The notes beneath the pieces were generated by a model. The model saw only the letters and a list, made by a program, of their open reading frames with translations, was not told the DNA's origin and did not search any database. Below, piece by piece: positions 38,501 to 50,800 of a stretch of 64,000 bases of DNA; position 1 is the stretch's first letter, and each line of letters opens with the position of its first letter. The position numbers and the translations under genes were made by a program. Origin of the DNA: Antedon mediterranea (lineage: Eukaryota > Animalia > Echinodermata); contig NC_092674.1 in the NCBI RefSeq assembly GCF_964355755.1, forward strand, positions 2,294,001 to 2,358,000, written 5' to 3'.

Positions 38501-41500
38501 TAACAACAGGACACTGAGAAACATAGCACTGTTCTAGCAAGGCAATCTAACAACAGGACACTGAGAAACATAGCACTGTTCTAGCAAGGCAATCTAACAG
38601 GACACTGAGAAACATAGCACTGTTCTAGCAAGGCAATCTAACAACAGGACACTGAGAAACATAGCACTGTTCTAGCAAGGCAATCTAACAACAGGACACT
38701 GAGCTCGCCTTGTCAAGATAGAAACTCATAACAGTGATCTTATGTCTGGCTGCGACAAATACCAACAGTACTGCACTATGTACATATTCTCTGTAGCGCG
38801 TGATGCCTGTTAAGGGTCGTGGAACTGATCGTGTCGCAGCCACAGATAAACCCTTTGATCATCCTGTTGTTAGATTGCCTTGGTTCTAGCAACTGCAATA
38901 TAATTTTGATTATAAGACAACATGGTATTATTTATCTGAGGTGTAGTACCTGGGAAATCTTATCTTGTAGTTCCTTTATCTGTTTTAATAAGTCCTCCTT
39001 CATCTTCTCAGTAGCCTGTCTTTTCTGTTTTTCTTCTTGAACCAATTTTAAGCTTTCCTCCTTTTGGTCCTTTAATGTCTGAATCTGAATATTTTATAAT
39101 TTTTAAATTTAATACATCTATGTTTTCAAATTTATTTATTATAATTTTATATACATAAACTGTCACGTTCTTGATTGATGTTTAGAGATGGATACTGGTA
39201 TGCAGAGAGATGACTGTCACAATGGCAGATAGGAAGTTATGGAGGAATCTAGTCATATAAGTTTAGGTATGTCCCGGACTAAGTAAGTACAGTAAGTAAG
39301 TAAGAATTGTGTTTGTTTCTTAGATTGTGATATTGACTAAAAGCAAGTCTTTAAATAATAATAATTTCATTCTTTCAAAACAATTCTCCTTTTATACATA
39401 CTTCTATTTGTTTTTCCTTTTCTATGGATATTGCTCTTTTCTGTTCTTTGCTCAGCTGATCAACAGCTTGTGATAAGTCCTTTTCAAATGTAGCTAATAA
39501 CTGGTTAAAATAAAATGTTATTACATCAAAACCATGCAATATTAGTTATAATCTACTTTCCTATTCAACTTTATATAGTGACACAATAATGCAGATATTG
39601 ACATGTGACAGCAGTGAAAGATTGCAACTCTTGCAAACACAGGGGGATCCAAGGGGGCAGCCGGTCGACCCTAAATTTCGCAAATTGTAATGCAAAAGAT
39701 AGGACATCAAATTAAGGTCAGCCCTTCATTTCATCATTCTTAGGCCCCGGGTCTGAATTCGCCACTGGCAAAGGTCAGGCATGGGACTAGTACTAGTAGT
39801 AGTCCAACATCGATATCTAATTATAATAATTATTTTACTTATTATCTATATCCAATAAATAATTTACCAACATTATTTAATTTTTGAACTCTTTTTTACC
39901 TGTTTTTGTCTATCTTGCATCTTGTCAGCTTCTTCTTTCTCTACTTTCATTTTATCAATCACAATTAATTTTTCTTCTTCATTTTTCTTCCATCCATCCA
40001 CAACTTTTGCTAAAGTCTACAAATAATGTAAACAATTATGATTTTCTCTTTTGTATATATTTGAAAGAAGAATAAATAAACTTGTATTGTACTGATAGCC
40101 TACCTTGTCCAGCTGTTGTACCATAATATCCTTCTTACGATCAGTTGAGACGGCCACAGCTAACTGCTGCTGTGACTCTAGCAACTTGGATTGGAGTCCA
40201 CTTATCTGGTCTTCACAATGCTAAGGTTACAAAATACAACAGAATTAAGGAAGTAACAGTAACAAAAATCAGTAGCTATATAAGTAAACAAGTAGAATAA
40301 TAATATGACATGACCTCTTCCTTTCCTAGCCTCTTCTTCAGACCCTTACTTTCCTAGCCTCTTCTCCAGACCCATTACTTACCAAGGCTCCTCCAGACCC
40401 CTTACTTTACTAGCCTCTTCTCCAGACCCCTTACTTTCATAGGCTCCTCCAGACCCATTACTTCGCTAGGCTCTTCCAGATTCCTTACCTTCCTAGGCTC
40501 CTCCAGCCCCCTTACTGTCCTAGGCTCCTCCAGCCCCCTAACTTTCCTAGGCTCCTCTAGACCCCTTACTTTCCTCTTCTTCAGAGCCCTTACTTGTCCA
40601 GTCTCTTCTCCAGACCCCTTACTTTCCTAGCCTTTTCCAAGACATTATTTCTCTTTTATTTTGAAACACATGGAGACTACTAATATCTATTGAAAAAATT
40701 ATTTTAGTGAAAAACCTTTCTTCTGTATCGTTCCCGTTCTAAGCTGTCTCTCAGAATCTGGTTTTCTGTCATCAGAGATGAATCAGGAACGTAAGTGTGG
40801 CGCTGTGATGCAGGTTGGAAGACAATTCCACTGTCTAAGGATCCGGTAGACACGTGGGGCTTTATACTACAGAAAAAAATGTCAAAGTGTCAATCTAATG
40901 CTCTACTCTGTCGTTATTACTTTATGTCACAAAAAAATGAGATGTGCCCATATATAGACATAATCATATCACTACCATATGTGGGCATATCACTAATGTA
41001 TTTAGCCACATCACACTTTTTTTGTCAAACTAGTTTGATAGTGTGGACAGAGCTTTATGCTCTAAACTATCAAACTAGTTTGAGAAAAAAAGTGTGATGT
41101 GCCCAAATATGGTAGTGGTATGACATCATCATGTCCAATATATGGGCATGTCATATTTTTTTGTCACATAAAGTTTGATATTGTAGACAGAGCTTTAGAT
41201 AATATTTCAACTAATCAATCAATATTTATTATAATAACTTTTTGACATGCACCCCTTGATTTCTGTAGACACTCTGTAAAGATATTCGTCATTACCTTAG
41301 AAGTGCTTCTGTTTTCATGCTTTCCATTGACTCATTGTGTTGAGCGTTGTCATGGTATCCAATACTTAGTTGGTCACTCACAGGTGAGCTGCTTACATGG
41401 TGAACATCTCTATTTTGAACTAAAAAACACACAAAAATGATTGTTCAACAAAATTATTCACTCATACTTTCTATACTATATAGTTATCAGTACCGTATAT

Positions 41501-42856
41501 TCTCAGGTATAATCCCACTTCTGGTATAATCCCAACCTTCTACTTTCTGTCTGATTTCACAAACAGCCATATCCCCAGGTATAGTCCCACTTCAGGTATA
41601 ATCCTATCCACTACTTTATGTCTGATTTCACAAACGGGCATATCCCAAAATGTATAGTCCAAGTATTGACTTTTGGTCTGCAGTAGATTCAAGCCTCTCT
41701 CTAGCCAGTTCAGACGAGATTTTACAAATGCTTACCAATCATTTTCTTTTACTGAACTAGGGTTTCCCTAGAGTAATAATCCCACCCCTCAAATTTGGCC
41801 CAATTTCATGTTCTATGAGGGTGGGATTAGAGGATATACTGTAATGGTGTATAATGATAAATGAGACAATATACTGCACTAATACCACAACAACAACAAC
41901 AACATTTCTGTCCAATAACAAGGAGTATGAACATTTTGGTATCTTACATGTAAACATGTTATTGATAGGTGAGATGATGCGATCTAGGCTTTCTCGTACA
42001 TCATCCATCTTTGCAATGTCTCCAGACAACTCATGCTAAAGAAAACAAAATGTTATTAGACATAAACCAGAATTCCATTTCTATCAGTTTAACCAAATAT
42101 TTAGGGTGGTAATATCATTTGTAAATATGGATGTCAAATTTTTTTTTCAAATCTCATATTTTTTACTTTTACAATCTATGTAATAAAGTTAAATATATTC
42201 ATAGTACACAGTGAACAAGACCCATTTCTTTGGTAGAAAAAATGTGTTAAAAGTTAAATAAATGAATATATTTTTTTCCATTATTTTCGCATCAATAGGG
42301 AGGTTTTGGTGATGACGGGGATATTCGGACTTCCTTGCTTTCCCACCTCAACAAAGTTTTAATGGTTTCTAGATCCAAGTGACCTGACCTAGGTCGGTAG
42401 TCGCAAATCCTGTTTTAGAAATAGCAAAGTTCAATATTGAATTGTTCAAACCTGGTTTTCAATGGACCTATCAAAACTACTTGTAAACAGCTCCTTCTTA
42501 ACATGATCTTTTCTTCCTTGCTGTTCATTTTTCCTGCGAATTTCATCCTCGGAAGAATATTTTTTTGAACTATGAACGACCGATGAAGACGCTGCTATGC
42601 CAATGTGGTGCGGTGAGCGGTTTCTAGAAAAATTTCCTGCAACAATGGACTCTGCAGCATCTGTCGCCCTCGATGATGGGGCATTTGAAGATCTTTTTGA
42701 AGGGGAATCATGGGTAGTATCTGTACTTAGTCTCTGTTCTAGATTTGCTAGTTTGTTTGAGATCGATTCTAAATGTCTGTTGCTGTAGCTTCCTTGCTGG
42801 TGTGATTGCCGATTGAGTGGCATAATTCCGCTCATATCGTTTGACATTTCAGCCAT
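23531..42856 (-). CDS. CNTROB: Centrobin, ~20 coding exons (e.g. 42452-42856, ~40716-40868, 40104-40220, ~39900-40016, ~35911-36205, ~34219-34807, ~33270-33357, 26452-26620, 25023-25131, 23531-23683)
   Basis: Spliced exons give ERERYRRK|HCEDQISGLQSKLLESQQQLAVAVSTDRKKDIMVQQLDK|TLAKVVDGWKK, the centrobin signature. Long coiled coil, ELQHYIQM|LLQRSPG, and C-terminal IWK-stop. Some internal exon borders are approximate. Confidence 0.88.
23938..24275 (+). mobile_element. Degenerate tRNA-derived SINE with Deu-domain-like core
   Basis: GATAAGGATTATAAACCGTAGGTC ... CTTTTCGAGACGAGTAG core, GCGCTATACAAAT tail, and homology to the copy at 44612. Confidence 0.6.
26127..26320 (+). mobile_element. Degenerate tRNA-headed SINE (second family)
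   Basis: A-box-like TAGCTTGGTGG and B-box-like GGTTCAAAC. The CCATCCTGTAATTGGCAAGTT motif also occurs inverted at ~31780. Confidence 0.5.
26777..26917. mobile_element. PIF/Harbinger MITE whose right TIR seeds the adjacent 51-bp array
   Basis: TTA|AGCTCTGTCTACAC ... GTTTGATAGTGTAGACAGAGCT|TAA. Confidence 0.88.
26896..28374. repeat. 51-bp tandem array, 29 near-identical copies
   Basis: Unit GTTTGATAGTGTAGACAGAGCTTAACAATCATCCCTGGGATACTATAATAG; 1479 bp = 29 x 51. Confidence 0.97.
28967..29155. mobile_element. PIF/Harbinger MITE with expanded internal 21-bp repeat
   Basis: TAA TSD on both sides and four copies of CCAAA(T/C)ATGGTAGTGATATG. Confidence 0.88.
29733..30062 (+). mobile_element. Kolobok-type MITE
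   Basis: TTAA|AGATGTATTGTCC ... GGACATCT|TTAA. Same family as 51913-52259, opposite orientation. Confidence 0.8.
31840..32010. mobile_element. Small TIR element (GTATTCACCAATCACACTTA family)
   Basis: GTATTCACCATTCAAACTTA ... TAAGTGTGATTGGTGAATAC inverted ends. Related fragments at ~19010-19120 and ~31370. Confidence 0.6.
37042..38703. repeat. 47/44-bp tandem array, 36 copies (10 carry a 3-bp AAC deletion)
   Basis: Unit AAACATAGCACTGTTCTAGCAAGGCAATCTAACAACAGGACACTGAG; 26x47 + 10x44 = 1662 bp. Confidence 0.97.
38676..38882 (+). mobile_element. P-superfamily-like MITE whose left TIR seeds the 47-bp array
   Basis: GTTCTAG|CAAGGCAATCTAACAACAGGA ... TCCTGTTGTTAGATTGCCTTG|GTTCTAG, a 7-bp TSD. Confidence 0.85.
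40318..40640. repeat. Degenerate ~28-30-bp pyrimidine-rich minisatellite
   Basis: Repeats of CTTTCCTAGGCTCCTCCAGACCCCTTA. Confidence 0.85.
41493..41841. mobile_element. Tc1/mariner-like MITE (CCGTA termini)
   Basis: TA|CCGTATATTCTC..GTATAATCCCAC ... GTGGGATTAGAGGATATACTG|TA with subterminal GGTATAATCCCAC repeats. Confidence 0.6.
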
Positions 42857-43359
42857 AATTTACCTATATAAACAAATGTAGGAGGAGAAAAGAAGTAATT
42901 ATATTAAATGAAGTGAAAAATATTAATAATAATATAATACTCTGATAATGTATACTAACTAGCTTCCCTCACTAGCACAACAGGCCTAGGCCCTCTAGTA
43001 GATCAGAATAGGGCCTAGACTCCTCTTGTTGGCCCTGGGCCTAGCCTAGCTAGTAGCTAGCCTTTTTTAGGCCTAGGCCCTTCTCTACTCTAGGCCTGGT
43101 AGTAGTAAAGTAGACCTAACTATAATAAGGTGGTAGTAATGTAGGCTTGACCTATCATCCCAAGCAAAGTAAGTAGAGTGTGAGTAGGCCTGGCCCTAGC
43201 TAGGCCTAAAAAGGCCTTCTACTAGCTAGGCTAGTAGTAGTAGGCCTAACTAAAAACTGATATTTCTAAATATTACTTAGGATAAACATTTAAACTATAA
43301 CAATTAGTGATTCTTTACACATTATTTTAACCATGCTCGATAAATGTCTAAAGATTCAC

Positions 43360-43552
43360 CTTAAAATAAGTATTTTATAATCAATATTTCAAAGCACACA
43401 TAAATAACCACACGATATAAAATTCATTTTTGAAAACGCCTCCAGAAAAAGCGCCCTCTTCGGACTATTGTACCTACTCGAGCGTTAATAAATATCGATC
43501 AACAATCTGCTGGACTGGCCTAGGATGCATGTAGCATGTTATTATGCCAATC
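43360..43552. promoter_or_regulatory. Compact bidirectional promoter and first non-coding exons of CNTROB (-) and TRAPPC1 (+)
   Basis: Minus-strand donor at ~43359 (GTGAAT) and plus-strand donor at 43553 (GTGAGT) are <200 bp apart, with local CpG enrichment and a GCGCCCTCT motif at 43451. TSS positions are inferred. Confidence 0.6.
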
Positions 43553-44119
43553 GTGAGTACGGGAGATGACTTTTAGCCCATAACAAGAAGCTCAAAAAAA
43601 GGATAATCACACCTGCGTTAAGCCTAGAGCCCCTGGTATATATAGACAGATATTTCCTTTTCCTTTCATATTAGTCATTCATAATACTTTGATCATTTTA
43701 TTATATATATTATTCATAAATTCAGTTTCAGTACAAACCAACAGTCAGTACAGTGACTGACAGTAAATCATAAACTTCTAGTAGGCCTAGCTAGTAGGCT
43801 AGGCCGAAGAGCCTGCCTGGCATACTAGTAGTAGGTTGGCTACCTAGCCTAGCCCTACTAGCCTACATTATTTTTAATAAGGTAGGCATATAAGCCTTTT
43901 AGCCTGCCCTTCTTAATCTTTTACTAGGGCCCTAGTAGTACTACTACTAGCTAGTACAAGGAAGGCGTGGTTAGGCCTATCTATAAATAATATAGTGTAG
44001 ACTATAGCCAGTGCAGTACTGGATATTCGTACCTTTTTATTAGTTTATTTAAATACTAATATTAGGCCTAGTAATATAATTTAAGTTTTTCTTTTTTTAA
44101 ATTATAGAAAGTGAAGAAA

Positions 44120-45799
44120 ATGACAATATTCAACTTGTATATATTTGATCGTAATGGAACATGCCTGTGTTACCAGGAATGGATGAGGAGGAAACAGTCT
44201 GGCATAACCAAAGACGAAGTAATAATTCAGGCTTAAAAAAAAAATAATATTGAGAAAAATTTGCATGATATATCCTAATCTTGTAGTCTAATAATATAAA
44301 TATATAACACAATATTAAAAAAACATACAGTACTACATTCATAAAATGTATAGATAAAGAAACACAAACTGAAAACAAAACTTAATTTTGAAATTGGGAA
44401 AAACAGTGCAACCAAAGTAAGTTTATGTGAGCTTAAGGGGAAGATGTTGCTTGGTGGATGATAAGTAATTGTATTAGTGATCATTTCTATTTCTTTTTTA
44501 CTCTTAAGGAATTTAAATTGATGTACGGGATGCTGTTTTCTATCAAGTCTTTCATCAATAGAATATCTCCAGTCGATACGTATCCTTTTATGTTTTTATA
44601 TTCTCTTAATCAGTGAGTGGCCAAGCGGTTAAGACAGTGGAACTGTAATAACATCGGCAAGGGTTTGAGGCTCACTCACTCCATGGTTCTGGTGGTAGAA
44701 CGAGTCTTCTATAAGGACTATGAACCGTAAGTCCATATCTACAGTAGCTCATGTGCACTTTAAAGAACCTAGTACATCTTTTGAGACAAGTATCATGAGG
44801 GCCCCTTGATTGTCAGCATTTTAAAACTAGAATAAATAAAACAGTTTAATTTAAAAAAAATTGTAAATGAAAATAAAAAACAAACAATATTCTCCTTGAT
44901 AATGTATAAACCAGTAAAGATGGGTTTTTAAGTTTTAGCACAAACTCTTACAAACTCCACTTTTATGAAACTCCTAGCGGACTTAGATTTGTCATCAATA
45001 CCAGTTTGAATGTTGGATGCTTAAGAGAAACACTTCAGCAGATATATAGCAATGTAAGATTATGTTAGATTTAAAGCTCTGTCTACACTATCAAACTAGT
45101 TTGACAAAAAAGTGTGATGTGCCCAAATATGGTAGTGATATGACTTCATCAATAGATGGGCACATTTTTTTTTTTGTTTATACAGAGCTTTAGATTGCTT
45201 TTTATTATTATTAGACTCGACTGTATTGTGGTGGGTCACCCAAAAAATAGCCATGTCCTATGTGATTGTCCACTAAGAGCCCAGCAAATTTTGAAAATTA
45301 CAATGTATAAGATAGAATATTACATTTAAGCACTTCATTTCACGAATGTCATGCAAAATCCTAGATCTACCACTGAATCAACGTTACTAATTAACAAATC
45401 ATCGAGCAAAGTTATACAAAAGCCACCTAATATTAGAAATGACAACCAAAGTACTGAATTTTTAACTGCATCATGGTAACCATCAACAGGGATGTAGCCA
45501 CGAGAAATAAAGTAGTGCAGTTTTCGCGAAAAAAGAGAACAATCTCTGTTCAAGCCACAGTGTTTTCAAAGGCTTTTGTGAATCAGGTTGAAACCTTACC
45601 AACCATAATGATGGCTATGGCCCTGATAATTGTCCTTTGTTTAGATTTGTAGATATTTTTGTCGTTCTATTTATAGATTTATGTGGAATACGTCGTCAAG
45701 AACCCAATGTGTGCACTAGACAAACCAATCGAGAGTGAAATATTCCTAAGCAAACTAGACACATTTATCAGAGATCTACCAGCATATTCGGCCAAATGA
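44120..45799 (+). CDS. TRAPPC1: Trafficking protein particle complex subunit 1 (Bet5), 143 aa (exons 44120-44218, 44509-44579, 44915-45053, 45677-45799)
   Basis: [59 protein letters not shown]. Exons sum to 432 nt. Confidence 0.96.
44612..44800 (+). mobile_element. tRNA-derived Deu-type SINE fragment inside TRAPPC1 intron 2
   Basis: A box TGGCCAAGCGG; core ATAAGGACTATGAACCGTAAGTCC ... TGCACTTTAAAGAACC ... TTTTGAGACAAGTA. Confidence 0.65.
45075..45189. mobile_element. PIF/Harbinger MITE, AGCTCTGTCTACAC family
   Basis: TAA|AGCTCTGTCTACACTATCAAAC ... ACAGAGCT|TTA. Confidence 0.8.
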
Positions 45800-47839
45800 A
45801 AACATTGAACAACAAACTTTGAATGTAAATTGAATTGATGTAACAAATAGCAAGTCTCATCTACTAAGATATAGATTCTACACTGCAGGATAAGAAACTT
45901 GTCTATCTTGATGCATGTTATACAGTTTTTATTGAAATATAAGTATATATATAAATCCAAAGGCACATTACTGAAAATAATGACAATGCTGTGTATATCA
46001 GTGGCAGGATGTCTATGGAGATGCAAAAAAAATAAGCAAAAGGCTAAATCAAAATGGTAAATTAAAACAGCCAGAAAGTAGCAGGAGTACTATATACTGT
46101 AGTTTCCCAGATTTTGTTTGGAAAAATTAAAAAAAAAGAAAAAAGTTTTGTTTAGTAAACTATAATATATGTGAATATATTGACATTTTGTAGTGTCATA
46201 GGACCAAGTTATGTCGAAAAATAAATGTAAATAATATATAAAATATAAATTTGCGCATTTCTTTAAAAAAATCACTCAAAAAATGTTGACTTCATAACTC
46301 AATTATGATGCACTACTATAATAATCTTTATTTGAACCTTCACTTTCTAACCATAAAGTAGTGTGTTTAAAAGACAAAAAACACGCTTTAAAACAAATAA
46401 AACAACCTGAAAAGCACTCTAAATGCGACATCTAATATTGACTAGAAAGTACTCCATAAAATATTCTAAAATTAAGCAATAAAATGTTTTGAATTCTTTA
46501 TAATACACATAAATAGTACAGGATTTTTTCGAAAAATCACACAAAATAGTGTCTTTCACAATTCAACTATATAATACTACTATTATTATAATATATTGAA
46601 CAAGAATATTTCTTACAAAAAACGCTGCTTGCTTATTGTTATTGCTAAGGTCAAGTCTGGGGGTCACTTCATCAAGCCTAGATACTTCAAGTATCCTATT
46701 ACAAACAAAAACTTCAATGGACTGTTTTGATAATAATTCAATGATTATCTGACAGTGAATTATAGTAATATCATGGGACTCATAAATACCAGAAATGCTT
46801 TGGGATTTGTCATTAGACTCTTTTCCCAGCCGTTTTTTGGATTCAACAGGTGGTACCAATAAATTTAATAGTCGAGTTTCCATTTTAACAAAAATGTCAA
46901 AGTGTAGTACTATACTGCTGCTTGATTTCATCTAATGAATGAGTCATCTCGTGTGACGTAGCTGGCTAGAGCAGCAGCGTGAAAATAAATACCCATTAAA
47001 AAAACCCAAAATATGAACTTTTTAGAATGTAAATGTACTAATGTCTAATTTCATCATTTCATTATCAATCACCTTGTAGTGGAATTATGCCTATTTGGAC
47101 TATATTTGTCGTTCAATATCGTTTTTCTTGAGCTGTATAAAAATACAATTATGGTCTATTTAGTAAACTGAAATAGCCTTTTTGAAGAGGCTATCACAAT
47201 AACATCCCATTTTATTTTATGACTTGAATGAATAAACAATGAATATGAATAATGAATTTTAAAATTGATTATTAGTCTAATTTTACATTAATTGCGTATT
47301 TTTATCGAATGAGTAATTTTACGTTTTTTCCAACATGTTCCTGAACATTGTACTGTGAAAATACTTCATGATTATGAAGTATTGAACAAGGTTTTTTTTT
47401 TACAATCCTGTTGAGTGGCAAAATATGAGAGAACTCGTAGGCCAATAATGCTCCATTTTACAACCTAAATCGTTCTATATCTTGTTCAACTGCATCAAGC
47501 TTCATATAGCATTGATTTGATATAATATACAAAAAAATCGAGAAAGTTTGGCCACCAAAGTGTTACTTGGTTTTATATACGTTATTATTAAAGTGGAATG
47601 AATGAATGAATGAATAGGACCTACTATATTAGTAAACCGTTTGACAGTTTGGTATTCCATTAAATGCATTGTAATTTTGTGGGCCCTCCATTACAATCTG
47701 AAATAATTCAATGTCATGTTCTTTATAATATATTATTAGCCTATATTATTATTATTTATACCATTCACCAAAAGAAAAATGAAAAAAAAAGTAAACTCCA
47801 AGAGTTTTTTACTGGGTTTACCAGAAAAAATCATTTTCT

Positions 47840-50800
47840 TTAAAAAAAAGTTTTAGGGGAAACTCCTCCCAGGATATTTGTCATCGGCCATAGTTTGCGT
47901 TCAAATGGTTTAAATGCGCATTCTTTCATTGTTTTTATTGTTTTTTCCTTAATTTCTTGATGTATTTCGTCTATAGTTCTTCCAGCCGCAACAGTCTAAA
48001 AAAAAATTAACAATTCCTCAAATGAATTACACAAAAATAAGCAGCAATATAAAAAACAAATGCATAATTATTAAAATCAAATTAAATTGGAATTTTTTTT
48101 CCAATCTAATAAAAACAGTAGGCCTAATAAAAAGAAACGTACAACCCAGTCTTCGTCACGTAACAATTCATAATTTTTGGAAACTTTGGATTGTAATTCA
48201 GTTTGTTCGTAACGTTCTTCTCCAAAACCGCCTCTGGTGGCCGCATCTTTTGTGGATATATCCAAAAACAACACCAAGTCTGGACGAGGGACGCCAGAAT
48301 AGGATGCTTTGCACCAGGCAAAGTTCAAACCCTGTAAAATAAAAATATACTTTAAAATCAAATTATATAGAGCCCTATTCGGAGCCCTTATTAGTTATAT
48401 TGCATTTACAGGTTGGTTTTCGTATGATATTGGTGTGAGGTTTCAATATGTAAATTTTTGACATTTCAACCCTCTGTGGGTTTGGAGATGGGAAAATTAT
48501 CCATCAAAGTTTATATATTACCACAACTTGCTAGACACAACGATCCCGGATATCGCAGCAAACCTATGAGATATAAACAGCCGCGAACTGGAATGGAATG
48601 CATATTTATTTATAAAAATGTCTTGATTTACAGACAATACAACATTGAACACACATAGCCTATAAAAAAGTCTGGCTGAAGGAACAAAGCCAAGACAGGA
48701 ATAGGCCTTTCCACCATTATTTTTATTTAAGAAACACTGATTTTTCTTTACTAAAATATAGCGTTACCAAAAAGTGAAAATACTCATGATGAAGTTATTT
48801 GAACTATTATGAATGTTTTTTTTGTTGTTGCAAATTTGTCAAGTGGATGGGAACATGTCAATCTGTATACTAGATGGCTTTTGTTAACAATATTCAATAA
48901 TTATATGGGCATTTTATTTTACGACCTAAATCGTCCTATTTTACATTTTCGGATAACTGTTAATTCGGAACTCCATCGAGTGTGAAATTGTCTCTGATAA
49001 AGTTAAATCTGTCTAATAATATGGTTGGTCCTTTTTTTGTCCAAACAACCAGGAAATAAGGCCAATTAACTATAGACTTATTTCAGACTTAACTCTGTAC
49101 CGAACTTACTACTGGCAGAGCAGCAGAGTACGCTAAACCCGAATAAGCATAGCGGTCTATAACTACGGTTGTTCCACTTTCCACAAGTTTAGTGATCTTT
49201 GGCCTGAAAAGGAAAAAACAGGGCTGTTAAACTTTTAAGAATACTTATGAATATTGTTATATATTATTATTTTGTTTTTTAACATAGGTTTATTATATTG
49301 ATAGACCTAATACCGTAAAACCTTGAAAAGAAGCCCATGGGCTTCTTCTTTTTTTAGTGCTCTTTGGTGGGCTTCTTTTCGAGATGGGCTTCTTTTCGAG
49401 ATGGGCTTCTTTTCGAGAGTACTTTTGCAAGCTGTAGAGGGGGCTTCTTTTCGAAATGAATGCTGTAAATTTTGTGAATTTCTACTACAATTATGACTTT
49501 TCATCTAGAATTAAAGGACACCATGTTTTTCAGTACAATTACGAAATAAACGAAGAAATGATATTTAAATTGGAACCTGAAAAACATGAAAAGTCTAGCC
49601 AGAAATGCAATCAATGTATGTTCGTTGAATGGTGTAGATGTTGGACATGTTCCTGAATGTTTGGCTCAGATAATAGCTCCGTTGATGAAAGATAGGACAC
49701 TAGTGCAGCTTAAAGCTCAGGTATAGGCCTAGGCATGAATTTTAAATATAATATTTGGTTAATTGTATATAAATCAAATATTTGTAACAGAAATCACGAC
49801 GAAAAAACATGAATTTCCCTTAATATGGTCAAATACAAAATTTGGCACAATTCTTCCATAAAAACCAGGAAGACTTTTTTTAGTAGTTAGGTAGTTAACC
49901 TAATGTAATAACATGTCTTGTGACTCACTAGAATGTGAAAAAAGATGGTGGATATACGGTGGATAATTTTTGCTATAGCATGAAAATAAAAATTTGAAGT
50001 TGAATAAAAATTCCAGAAATGTAATATTCAAGTTATATTATTATTACTTATACTTAGTCATCTGATAACATTTTTTACCACACTGTTTATTTTTCGTAGC
50101 TTTTTAAAATGCCTCTCTATTTACAAAATTTGTGTACAAAAGAATAGAGATTTTACTGTGTAATTTGAACTATCCCCCCACTGATAAGAAAGTGCTTATT
50201 TTCAACAAGCTCGTGTAACACAAATAAAATCCCAAAAATTATGAAACATAGGGGAAACTATAGGCCTAGATCGATAATTATTGGAATGTATGATCAATAG
50301 AAATTTTTTGCCCGCACTTGGCCTTTAAAGCCAAGATAACTGGAATGGAACAAACGGCCCCAGAAGGAAAATGGGTACTTGGTGGTGAAGGTGTGGAAAT
50401 TCCCTGCCGATTTTACATATTTGCCAACGAAGCAGACAAGAAAAAGATACAAGATATGCTATCAAAGCACCATTTGGACGACAATAATAAACACGATCAT
50501 ACATATTAATTATTATCATTAGTCTGCATCACAAGTATCTGGCATTAAATTATCCTACTACAGTAACTCTTAATCACGTATTTGTATATTGTTTATTTCT
50601 GTTCCTTTGACGATCAGTTAATAAACCTACATTCTTAACATTAGTAGTCTATCTCGAAAAAGCCGATACTATCTTGAAAAGAGATGTGCTTCTTTTCGAG
50701 AGTACTTTTGCAAACTGTAGAGGGGGGCTTCTTTTCGAGATGGGCTTCTTTTTGAGGTTTAAGCCCATGGGCTTCGACTTTTCGAGGTTTTACGGTATAT

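Noticed and set aside
37042-38703. CRISPR-like regular array
   Set aside because: Units are head-to-tail with no unique spacers, there are no cas genes, and the context is a eukaryotic intron. The same applies to 26896-28374 and 12480-17597.
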